DNA of 64,000 bases from Candidatus Cloacimonadales bacterium (lineage in GTDB: Bacteria > Cloacimonadota > Cloacimonadia > Cloacimonadales > JAFGVF01). Below the pieces are notes generated by a model. It did no database searches. It saw nothing but the letters and a program-made list of their open reading frames with translations, and was not told where the DNA came from. The position numbers and the translations under genes are program-made. This document shows, in pieces, positions 30,394 through 39,391 of this stretch; positions within the stretch are counted from its first letter, which is position 1; every line of letters starts with the position of its first letter. Location of the stretch: positions 1,312,001 through 1,376,000 of the forward strand of contig OY759729.1 in assembly GCA_963662585.1 (NCBI GenBank), written 5' to 3'.

Positions 30394-31964
30394 AATCTCT
30401 TTCCGAATAAATGGCCCATAATACCCTTATTTTTGGTTGTATCAGGACTACTTACCTTATCTTCTGATGTATGTTTATTGGATACGACATCTCTAATATT
30501 CTCTTCTAATTTCACTAATTGGTTAGAAATCTTTTTGTTAAGATTTTCATAATTTTCTATTAGATGGTTATCATCCCTAGATAATTTTAATAATTTCGTT
30601 ATTTCGTCAGTATTAACTATATTAACAGATACATTTTCTTGACTTTTTATAAAACCAAAAAGATCATAAATATTTTTCTCAAATTTCTCTAGGTTCTGAG
30701 TTAATTCACTACTGAACTGAATGCTATGGTTACTGTAATCTTCCATAATTTTGGTAGTAATTCTTGTAATATCATCAAATGCTATTTTTGCATCAATAGT
30801 TCGAATACTTACATCAGATATTTCGTTAAAATATTTCCCTAAATTTCCAACAAGTTTATCAATATTTTCAACATAATTGGGGATATCCACCATGTTTTCT
30901 AAAGATTTTGCTGATTTCACAAATGACTCAAGAGTATTATCTAATTTTAACATAGAATTTAGTGTTTGATCTGTCCTAGAATGAAATAAATTAGAAGACT
31001 GTAAAATATTCTCTATTTCTGGTAAAAGGGAATCTATGGCTGTCAAGTTGTTATTGCTTACAATATTATTTTTCAGAGCTAAAGAAGAATTTTCATCCAT
31101 CCCTTGGTTTAACTTATTAAGATCACCAAAAATGGTTGTAAATTCTTGTTTTTGATTGATTAATATATCTTCATACTTCCTTAAATGCTTATCATTAATT
31201 TCAGTAAATGATTTAGTAAAATTTATAATTGTATTATTGATCAATGACATTATACTTTCAATTCTATCAATACTCATTGCAGTTGTTTCATATTTACTTT
31301 CAATAAACGCTTTATTTTCTTCTCGATAATCTAACAAAAAATTTCCTAAAGCTACTTCTAAATTTTCGACAGAAGAGATTAATCTATTATCGAATTTAGA
31401 TATGTAAGTTTTGGGCAAAAACATGGTTGAAAAGATTGTTTCAACATCATGGATTCTACGAACAATTTCAGATTTTACTAAGGACCAAATTATACGAATA
31501 ATTATTGTTGTAAATAGAGCAATAAGCGAAGTTATAAATCCAAACTTAGCTGAATCAATTAATGATAACATGATTTTCTGAGTTTCATAATCACTACCAA
31601 ATGAAGAGATTCCAATTATTATTCCCAAAAATGTTCCCAATAAACCAACAATTGGTAAAATATTGGTTATTAGATTTATTTTCCTATCTGTTTTATTCAA
31701 ATCATAATATATGAAATTTTTAAATATCTCAATTTTAATCTCACTTTTATTTTTGATAGAATTATACACATATAATAAATGTGGCTCTTGTCTAATAAAA
31801 TCTAAATTTAACTTCATAAAGTCAGTAATACTGGAATTACTAAATAACTCATTATTACTTTCGATGTCTTCTATTCTTTCCAATTGATGATATATAGATA
31901 GTAGCAAAACTGTTAACCCAACGATAACAATTAGAGCTGACACGATCATTGCTCCAATAAACAT
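30390..31964 (-). CDS. MotA/TolQ/ExbB-like (ZorA-like) membrane protein with long helical C-terminal tail
   Basis: N-terminal TM; LPIVGLLGTFLGIIIGI and FGFITSLIAL TMs; about 350-aa heptad-rich tail; ATGA overlap with the MotB-like gene. Confidence 0.8.
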   Translation of the reverse strand: MFIGAMIVSALIVIVGLTVLLLSIYHQLERIEDIESNNELFSNSSITDFMKLNLDFIRQEPHLLYVYNSIKNKSEIKIEIFKNFIYYDLNKTDRKINLITNILPIVGLLGTFLGIIIGISSFGSDYETQKIMLSLIDSAKFGFITSLIALFTTIIIRIIWSLVKSEIVRRIHDVETIFSTMFLPKTYISKFDNRLISSVENLEVALGNFLLDYREENKAFIESKYETTAMSIDRIESIMSLINNTIINFTKSFTEINDKHLRKYEDILINQKQEFTTIFGDLNKLNQGMDENSSLALKNNIVSNNNLTAIDSLLPEIENILQSSNLFHSRTDQTLNSMLKLDNTLESFVKSAKSLENMVDIPNYVENIDKLVGNLGKYFNEISDVSIRTIDAKIAFDDITRITTKIMEDYSNHSIQFSSELTQNLEKFEKNIYDLFGFIKSQENVSVNIVNTDEITKLLKLSRDDNHLIENYENLNKKISNQLVKLEENIRDVVSNKHTSEDKVSSPDTTKNKGIMGHLFGKRL

Positions 31965-31975
31965 ATTTAACCTCT

Positions 31976-32881
31976 TTATTCTAAAATAATTTTACCTTTC
32001 TGCTGAATTATGAATGTCCCTTGAGAACTCTTAGTGTATGTAGGGTTTGAAACAATTTTAAAGTCTTTCTTTTGCACTGTTTCATTATTAATAACTGGAT
32101 ATTCAAAGGCATCACTATACCTTGAAAAAAAACTGTTATAATTATTGATATTAATTTTCATTTGAATTGTTAGTACATATTCATTGTCTTCAAGTTCTTC
32201 TAAAAACATATTTGAGTCAGCAGAATCAGTTTCTAATTCCTTAGAAAATGTTTTAAAAGTTACCCATATCTTTTCTTTTACAATCTCCGGTATATCATCT
32301 TTAGTAACTTCTGGTTTCTTATTACTTTCGGTAGCAGAATATTGAACTAGATTATTGTTAGAAAGTTCTTTAGATGAATGATTACTTACACCATCTTTTT
32401 TTTTTTGGTTTTCTCCTTGGTTTGTCTCTCTGTTATTAATTCTATTATTAATGATTAATTCTTTAGGTCTTTGAGGAACTTCTTTCTCTTTCTCCTCTTC
32501 TACATTTGTTTTTATATCATTAGTTTTTAGTTTTACTCTTTCTTCTAGTAAAGAGATGTCCCTTTTTAGTGTATTTAATTTATAATTTAAGTCATCTTTT
32601 TTTGTTTCAAGATGTTCAAATAATGAACGATAATCTCTACGATAATCTCTAAATGATAAATTATATTTTATGTCTATAGTATAAATTATAACATCTATCA
32701 ATACTAATAAAGAAGCAATAATGAATACAAAGATATAAGCATAATATTTCTTGAAGCTTATTAAATTCAACTGGTTTAAGGGTTTAAAAAACATAAGAAG
32801 AATAGTTACAATAAAAATCACTGTTATTATATAAAAGGTAATTCTCAATGTTATTATTCTATTAGAATATTTACTTTTCAT
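31976..32881 (-). CDS. 2-TM protein with coiled coil, charged linker and small C-terminal domain
   Basis: Two hydrophobic helices within aa 10-70, then heptads (LETKKDDLNYKLNTLKRDISLLEERV); C-terminus ...PTY...FIIQQKGKIILE. Confidence 0.7.
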   Translation of the reverse strand: MKSKYSNRIITLRITFYIITVIFIVTILLMFFKPLNQLNLISFKKYYAYIFVFIIASLLVLIDVIIYTIDIKYNLSFRDYRRDYRSLFEHLETKKDDLNYKLNTLKRDISLLEERVKLKTNDIKTNVEEEKEKEVPQRPKELIINNRINNRETNQGENQKKKDGVSNHSSKELSNNNLVQYSATESNKKPEVTKDDIPEIVKEKIWVTFKTFSKELETDSADSNMFLEELEDNEYVLTIQMKININNYNSFFSRYSDAFEYPVINNETVQKKDFKIVSNPTYTKSSQGTFIIQQKGKIILE

Positions 32882-32885
32882 TAGA

Positions 32886-35800
32886 CTACTCCATTAGTAA
32901 ATGATTTAGTTTTTTGATTAAATCCTGCATTCCGATAATAAAGATAGAACTAGACAAAGTTTGATATTTTTGATAATTATCAGTCATTGAAGTTCTAATT
33001 TTTCCCTCAATTTTCCCCCAATCATCAAATAAATCAAATAATAATTGATCCATATTCTTTAATTTTTCATCTTTGCTAAATATGTCTTTATACAGCTTAC
33101 TTTCCTTGACAACATTAAAGAAATAAACATTAAATTTATATAAGTTTGTCTCTTCTTTGATTAAATTTAACTCAGATAATTTATTATCTTTTTCATTAAA
33201 TATCTCATCAAATTCTGATATTTCTACAGAACATTCCTTAACGTTTCCATTAACATAAAGATTTTCATTAATCACAGGTGTATAAACTGAGTTCATGTCA
33301 GAGAATTTTTTATCCATATTGCACAATCCATATACAACTTCAGATTTATTTGAACTTGAAACTATGAAGTCAATATCCTTATCAACTTTTTCATCTGAAT
33401 GTCTTAGACTGAAATTAATGATAGTTTTGTAAATTTCCAATTCATCCTCTAGAATTTTATTCTCTACTGGACTTGTCCAAGTAATTGATCTTATTCCATT
33501 TCCTGCTAAACAGACATCAATTTTGGTGTAATCATTAACATAATTTTTCATTTGTGAGCCAATTTCAAAAAATAGAGCACTATAAAAATATAACAATATT
33601 AAGCGAGGTCTATTAAATTTATCTTGAGTTGTCATTTTTTTCATAGACTGAGTACTGATCTTTGAAACCATGATATTATAAATTGTTTTGAAATCTCCAG
33701 AATATGAATTCAATTCATTCTCGTTAACTTTATTGTCATATAGATATCTTTCTTTAATTATATCATATAAAGGAGAAATTATTTTCATATTGCTATCTTT
33801 ATAACCAATAACATTGTTACCTGCCCATAAATGACTAAATAGCATCAAAATTCCACCATTTTTCCAAATTGAAATATCTGATGATCCCCCTCCAACATCT
33901 ATTACAATTGAGAGATTTGATGAGTTTTTTTCAATTTTACCAATATGATTAAAGTACATTAAGCTTGCTTTACTTTCATCATAAGATTCAATATTCGGGT
34001 TGTTTAATATGTTACTCCACATGATATTATAATTTCTAATCTGTTCACTAGAGAAGGCTTTCGGATAAGCCCATCTAAATAAAGTACTTTCGAGATTAAC
34101 ACGTTTTTTAATAAGCTCTGCATAAACTAAAAAGAATATAGTTTTGAGAAATGCTTCAGACCTTACTTGATTTTCATTATTAATATGCCATTTTAAGTTA
34201 TAATATTCTTCTAGATTTATTCTCAAAATATTTAAATTTTTCACATAGGAAATTACAGAGTCACGTATTGGTATCGGATGTTCATTTCTTTTATCTATAT
34301 AAATCCTAGTATTAAATGGCATATTTACAGAATAATCTTTACTATTATCATTTAAAAAAACGTTAGGTAAAAACCAATTAGTTATATTTTTCCAAAAATC
34401 TGTAATTATTGGATTTGCTTTTATTTCTTTATCTGTTGGAGATATAGATGATATAAATTCATGTTTGTTAATATTTATCTCATCAAATAAAGAATTATAC
34501 TTCAACAATTCACAATTAGTATCATTTTGATGATCATCAATCAATATTGCTACATTAGTGTGGGAAGTCCCAAAATCAAAACCAACAATTGCATTGTTTT
34601 TACAATTCTCAACATCAGTTAAATTGCTTAAATTCAGTATCAAATAATTATAATTTTTGGATGTCTTTTCAATAAGCTTAATATATACTGGAAGTTTTTT
34701 TAAAGCCGCTACTTCAATTTGAGTTACATCTTGCTCCCCTGTTTTTCGAGAAGGATCATAAATTATAGGTGTAAATTTTGAATCATAAAATTCAACATTT
34801 AAATCAAATTTATCATTCAAACTCTTAGATACTAGCAAATAATATGGAAGTCGCCATTGTTTAGAATTTATTTTAGGCCATATAAGTACATTGGGTACAG
34901 GAGTTTCTTCATTAACAAATTTCAACAATATATTTTCTTCATTACTATTAACACCTTGATGATAATATTTATTAATATTGATAATTCCATTCTTAGTAGG
35001 TATATCTAAACTAACTTTAATACCTTTACTACCTGCATCTGAGATAGACAGATATTTTTCAACATCAGCATAGTCAAAGTAGGTGAAATACAAATCAGTC
35101 AGTGGTATTGTATATTTTGATAGAGAGCTTTCTTCCCCTAGAACAAAATTATTTTTATTGAAATCTACATTGTTTTGAATAATAAACGGAGTAAAAAAAT
35201 CGTGGAAAGGACTTATCCAAGGATATTTTACTTGTTCACCTGGAAGAACAAATCTATTCTTATTTTTTAATTCCGATAGTTTATAATTTTTATACCATTT
35301 ATAACTATCATAAATAACACTATTTACCATATTATGGTCAGGATTTATTATCAATGGTAGTATCCTTTGGTCACTTTTACTAGGATTAATTATTAAACCA
35401 GAGCTTAAAATACCACCTTTATAGATTCTTAATTTATCAAGCATTCCTTCTTCATTATTGAAAAGAGGGTCATTTTCATCTGGCAATTTAGAAAAACTAA
35501 TATTACAATTTTCACAAATACCTTTGTCTTCCAGAAGAGCATTATAAAGTACCTTATAATCTGGGTTACTCTTTAGTTCAGGCAACAGATAATACATAAT
35601 ATATATTTGAAACCGCTCAGGTCTGTCTTTTAATAAAACAGGTTTTCTAAAGTACCTCTTTAAGTATCGATTCTCTGTTATTTCCTGTGAAATGAAAAAT
35701 AAGGAATTGGGACATGTGCCTCCTAAAACAATCTCTCGATTACTTAGTGTTTTAATTGTTAAAATATTGATTTTCTTTATTTCTGGGCCAAAAGGAAACA

Positions 35801-36146
35801 GCTCAAAAATCTCTCTAATAATACTATCTTTATTATTTTCAAAAGTTACTTCATGTCTAATGATTTCAAATTCAAATCTATCACGGAAAAATAACATTTC
35901 TAATAAATCAAGTAAATAGGACATATAAACTATATGTAATGGGTTTTTATGATCTTCAATAATATTTATAAAATGAATCATTCTTTCCCAGGGAGATGGA
36001 ACAGAATATCCTTGGCTGGAACTTTCACTACTATTTTGTTCAATCATGTTATAAAAATTCTCAAAATCTTTGCTAAAGTCAATCCATTTACCAGGTGCTG
36101 GATTAGACATCTGGTTCTTATTCTTAGGTAGTAAGTGCCTTGGCAT
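32886..36146 (-). CDS. Large protein with C-terminal actin/Hsp70-fold ATPase domain
   Basis: VGFDFGTSHT (phosphate 1), YDESKAS (connect 1), VIDVGGGSSDIS (phosphate 2), CLAGNG (adenosine motif); about 515-aa unrecognised N-terminus. Confidence 0.8.
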   Translation of the reverse strand: MPRHLLPKNKNQMSNPAPGKWIDFSKDFENFYNMIEQNSSESSSQGYSVPSPWERMIHFINIIEDHKNPLHIVYMSYLLDLLEMLFFRDRFEFEIIRHEVTFENNKDSIIREIFELFPFGPEIKKINILTIKTLSNREIVLGGTCPNSLFFISQEITENRYLKRYFRKPVLLKDRPERFQIYIMYYLLPELKSNPDYKVLYNALLEDKGICENCNISFSKLPDENDPLFNNEEGMLDKLRIYKGGILSSGLIINPSKSDQRILPLIINPDHNMVNSVIYDSYKWYKNYKLSELKNKNRFVLPGEQVKYPWISPFHDFFTPFIIQNNVDFNKNNFVLGEESSLSKYTIPLTDLYFTYFDYADVEKYLSISDAGSKGIKVSLDIPTKNGIININKYYHQGVNSNEENILLKFVNEETPVPNVLIWPKINSKQWRLPYYLLVSKSLNDKFDLNVEFYDSKFTPIIYDPSRKTGEQDVTQIEVAALKKLPVYIKLIEKTSKNYNYLILNLSNLTDVENCKNNAIVGFDFGTSHTNVAILIDDHQNDTNCELLKYNSLFDEININKHEFISSISPTDKEIKANPIITDFWKNITNWFLPNVFLNDNSKDYSVNMPFNTRIYIDKRNEHPIPIRDSVISYVKNLNILRINLEEYYNLKWHINNENQVRSEAFLKTIFFLVYAELIKKRVNLESTLFRWAYPKAFSSEQIRNYNIMWSNILNNPNIESYDESKASLMYFNHIGKIEKNSSNLSIVIDVGGGSSDISIWKNGGILMLFSHLWAGNNVIGYKDSNMKIISPLYDIIKERYLYDNKVNENELNSYSGDFKTIYNIMVSKISTQSMKKMTTQDKFNRPRLILLYFYSALFFEIGSQMKNYVNDYTKIDVCLAGNGIRSITWTSPVENKILEDELEIYKTIINFSLRHSDEKVDKDIDFIVSSSNKSEVVYGLCNMDKKFSDMNSVYTPVINENLYVNGNVKECSVEISEFDEIFNEKDNKLSELNLIKEETNLYKFNVYFFNVVKESKLYKDIFSKDEKLKNMDQLLFDLFDDWGKIEGKIRTSMTDNYQKYQTLSSSIFIIGMQDLIKKLNHLLME

Positions 36147-36155
36147 CTTGTCTCC

Positions 36156-37526
36156 TTACAAAATATTGTTTAAGTTTTTTATGATTTTATCAATAAAGTC
36201 ACCCGTAAGATCAATATCATCAAATAATATTTTATCAAAGTATGAAGAATCTTTCTTTCTGTATTTATCTTTGTTATTAAATAATAATGTAGATAAATTT
36301 AGCTCTGAATCAATGATCTTCAAAGCAGGCGCATTATTACTCATTTGCCAAATCCAGATTTTGAACAATTCCATAAATTCAATTAGTTTTTTAAACTCGT
36401 TAGAATTTTCTATAAATGTAGGATAAGTAATATCTAATTTTCTTAACCAACCAATTCTATTTATTATTTTCTTGTTTTTGCTAATTAGTAATCCATTCAA
36501 ATCAATCAAGTAATTGTATATTAATCCCATTTTTTCAAATGGCTCATTCTTCTTTTTATGGGGTAGGTCTTCAGACATTAGCGAATAGTCATCAATATTT
36601 TCAGTGGGATTACTCGCACCAATTCTCATAAATGATGAATATTTTTTGTTTTCCCAAAAATTAATAGCTGAATATCCTGCAAGTAATTCTATAAAATGAG
36701 AATCATTGATCTGAGTTTTATTACCAATAGAATAATTATCAATTATTTTTGTATTTGCAAAATCTTCTCCGATGATATAAACACTGTCAAAATTCTCATA
36801 CTTCTCTTTATAGTACTGACAGGAAGAAATAGTATTACCAATGAAGTTAGCAGAATCTGGCAATATTTCATCTTTATCATTAGTATGTAAGTTTTTGTTA
36901 AGATGAAAATATGGAAGAATCAGAGATCCGCCAACAGAAGTTTTCGGCGATTGATTCTTTATCATTCGCGATATAACAGGAAAACCTGAAGCTCCTGTAC
37001 CTCCAAATACTGAACTAAACAGAAACACTTTATCATCTTCATTTTTTTTAAGTTTCTGGATTATTAAATCCCATGGAAATAATTTACTATTATTTATAAA
37101 GTTTGACATTAACAACGAACCTATCGATGGCCTAGCCCTATAACCAAAAGTTAGATCTAAATTAAGTTCCTTTTTTGAATATAAAAGGTCTAATAATGCT
37201 TGTTCATCTTCGTTTAAACCGTTATAATTTACTATTTTTTTTAGATTATTGTTTTCATTATTAATATTAACATGAGGATTTATCCTTTTAATTAAAGATA
37301 TTGAAGTAAAAAATAATGAACCTTTGCTTGGTTCCTTTAAATGTTGACGGATTTCCTGATAATGTTTAGCAAGATCTTCAGCCCTATTTGCATTACCATT
37401 CCCAGCATCTGGATCAATAATATATATATCTACTTCACTTGGACCTAATCCCATAGCACAGAGAAATATAAAAGATTCAAGACATCTTGTTCCTGTCCCA
37501 CCAACTGCAAAAATATGATAAGTCAC
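36156..37526 (-). CDS. Divergent FtsZ/tubulin-like GTPase
   Basis: IFAVGGTGTRC, IIDPDAGNGN, GYRARPSIG, FSSVFGGTGASG (tubulin signature), LILPYF; GTG start overlaps the upstream TAG. Confidence 0.85.
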   Translation of the reverse strand: MTYHIFAVGGTGTRCLESFIFLCAMGLGPSEVDIYIIDPDAGNGNANRAEDLAKHYQEIRQHLKEPSKGSLFFTSISLIKRINPHVNINNENNNLKKIVNYNGLNEDEQALLDLLYSKKELNLDLTFGYRARPSIGSLLMSNFINNSKLFPWDLIIQKLKKNEDDKVFLFSSVFGGTGASGFPVISRMIKNQSPKTSVGGSLILPYFHLNKNLHTNDKDEILPDSANFIGNTISSCQYYKEKYENFDSVYIIGEDFANTKIIDNYSIGNKTQINDSHFIELLAGYSAINFWENKKYSSFMRIGASNPTENIDDYSLMSEDLPHKKKNEPFEKMGLIYNYLIDLNGLLISKNKKIINRIGWLRKLDITYPTFIENSNEFKKLIEFMELFKIWIWQMSNNAPALKIIDSELNLSTLLFNNKDKYRKKDSSYFDKILFDDIDLTGDFIDKIIKNLNNIL

Positions 37527-37945
37527 TAAAAGCTCCTTTTATCGAAGATTCTTGTTATATATATCTTTTCTTTAAAAACACCTATTTCATTTAAAATCGT
37601 TATAATAATAATATAAACTAAAGCATTAACAATAAAGTGATTAATCACAAACATAAATATCATTGATGTTATATCTATTGTATCAAGAATAGCTAACTTT
37701 TTTATTGAAAGATAGATAGTATATATAGTATTCACACAAATATCAATCACAAAAAACAACCAAAAATAATATCTACCTTTTATCCTACTATAAGGAATAA
37801 AATAGTAACCAATAATTAAAAAAATTATAGTTCCCAAACCAACTAACATTGCCCGATCCATAGTAGTCATCCATGTATTGAGATTATCGGTTCCTAGTTT
37901 TGTAAGTTCTCCATATAATAAAAAATATACTATTTTATAAAGCAT
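37526..37945 (-). CDS. Small 3-4 TM membrane protein
   Basis: 139 aa, mostly hydrophobic helices; abuts or overlaps both neighbours. Confidence 0.7.
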   Translation of the reverse strand: MLYKIVYFLLYGELTKLGTDNLNTWMTTMDRAMLVGLGTIIFLIIGYYFIPYSRIKGRYYFWLFFVIDICVNTIYTIYLSIKKLAILDTIDITSMIFMFVINHFIVNALVYIIIITILNEIGVFKEKIYITRIFDKRSF

Positions 37946-37946
37946 T

Positions 37947-39227
37947 CTATTTCCTTTTATTAATTTTTAAGTAATACTCACTATTGCATAATTGCCCACT
38001 AACTAGCATTTTTTCATTAATTGCTTCAATTAATGAACTGATTTTATATGTCTTTTCTTTATTTTCTAAAATACTATCATCTTCAGTGTTATTCAGATAA
38101 ACCCATTTATATTTATCAATACTATCCCGAAAAGTTAATCTACATAAATACTCTCCAATCGAAGAATCCCCAAAAGGTAACAAAAAAGTTATCTTTTTTC
38201 CCTGATTACCAGAAATCACATTCTGAGAATTAAGATTAATCGACCCACTATATTTGGAATTTACTGAAACTAATGAATCTGTTATGTTTATTATTTTATA
38301 ATCAATAACATTTCCTATATCATAAGTAAAGTTTTTCAAAGTTATTCGTAAAGAATCAGCATTTTCATTCAAATTATACTCAGTCAATGGGATATTTTCA
38401 AATTGTTTATTCATATAAAAGGTAGGTGGAAAATTATAGCCATCAATATTATCAGAATATTTTAGATTGTTTGTCATTTTCTCACTAAATCTAATTGAAA
38501 AATCGAAAATATTTTTTACTTTCTTATTAATGAGATATTCGCTATTACTTCTACCTATGAATAACCCATAAATAGGTCTTTTTATTTGTAATACTTTAGG
38601 AAGATATTGCTTCTTTGCTTCTGAATAATAGTTTCCTAAAAAATCAATTTTTTTCATATAAATATTTAAGAAACCTTTTTTTGCAACCAGATCCGAAAGT
38701 TTAGCTGGAAATAATTGAGAATCGATTTCTGAGTATTCAGTTGATAGGATAAGATCTGTTAAAATTAAGTAGACAGAGTTAAAGTCATCTTTTTCAATAA
38801 AATCTATAACTTTTAAAAAATTGGTATATTGGTCATCATATTTCAAATGTTTCTCATTGTTTTTATCAGGCTTGATGTAATAAATTGATTCCGCAATATC
38901 ACCTTCAATTTCTTTAATACTAGATCCAAAAGTATATAATTTAATATCTTCATTGCTAAAATTGCTACATATTGAAGAAATTAATCCTACCATACTACTA
39001 TTACCAGTTGTATATCCTTTCATTGTTGCACTTACATCAATGAAAATCTTCATACTCTTTAATGAGTCAGAAGTTGAAGGTTGATAAACTCCGAAATATT
39101 CATTTAACACTGATAAATTTTCTTTTTTATCTTCAAATAAATTACTATCGTTAATTCCAGTATACTTATTACAACTAATGAGCAATGCCAATAAACATAA
39201 CATAAAAATGAATGATTTCACAGTCAT
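37947..39227 (-). CDS. vWA-like lipoprotein
   Basis: Likely start ATG 39227 (SD GGAG); lipobox LLISC; MIDAS-like FIDVSATMKGY, LYTFG and LILTD. Confidence 0.7.
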   Translation of the reverse strand: MTVKSFIFMLCLLALLISCNKYTGINDSNLFEDKKENLSVLNEYFGVYQPSTSDSLKSMKIFIDVSATMKGYTTGNSSMVGLISSICSNFSNEDIKLYTFGSSIKEIEGDIAESIYYIKPDKNNEKHLKYDDQYTNFLKVIDFIEKDDFNSVYLILTDLILSTEYSEIDSQLFPAKLSDLVAKKGFLNIYMKKIDFLGNYYSEAKKQYLPKVLQIKRPIYGLFIGRSNSEYLINKKVKNIFDFSIRFSEKMTNNLKYSDNIDGYNFPPTFYMNKQFENIPLTEYNLNENADSLRITLKNFTYDIGNVIDYKIINITDSLVSVNSKYSGSINLNSQNVISGNQGKKITFLLPFGDSSIGEYLCRLTFRDSIDKYKWVYLNNTEDDSILENKEKTYKISSLIEAINEKMLVSGQLCNSEYYLKINKRK

Positions 39228-39391
39228 TATAATCTCCATTTTACTTAGTATACAAATTAATAAAGGCATATCTTTTTTTGTCAAGAGTTTATTTATTAGT
39301 AATAAAAATTTGGCATCATAATTGAATCATAACAATATAACTATCTATATTAACAATGAAGATTTATTAACTAAGCTAACATTTAACACAA

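Noticed and set aside
29764..31964. Flagellar stator motAB or canonical Zorya type I/II
   Set aside because: No flagellar genes are nearby, and no ZorC/ZorD/ZorE-like helicase or HNH motifs are seen in the operon.
36156..37526. Cell-division ftsZ
   Set aside because: Lacks FtsZ-specific motifs and dcw context.
39247..39284. Sigma70 promoter of the island / TTG start of the 445-aa ORF
   Set aside because: TTGACA is present but no well-spaced -10 was found; ATG 39227 with SD and signal peptide is the better start.
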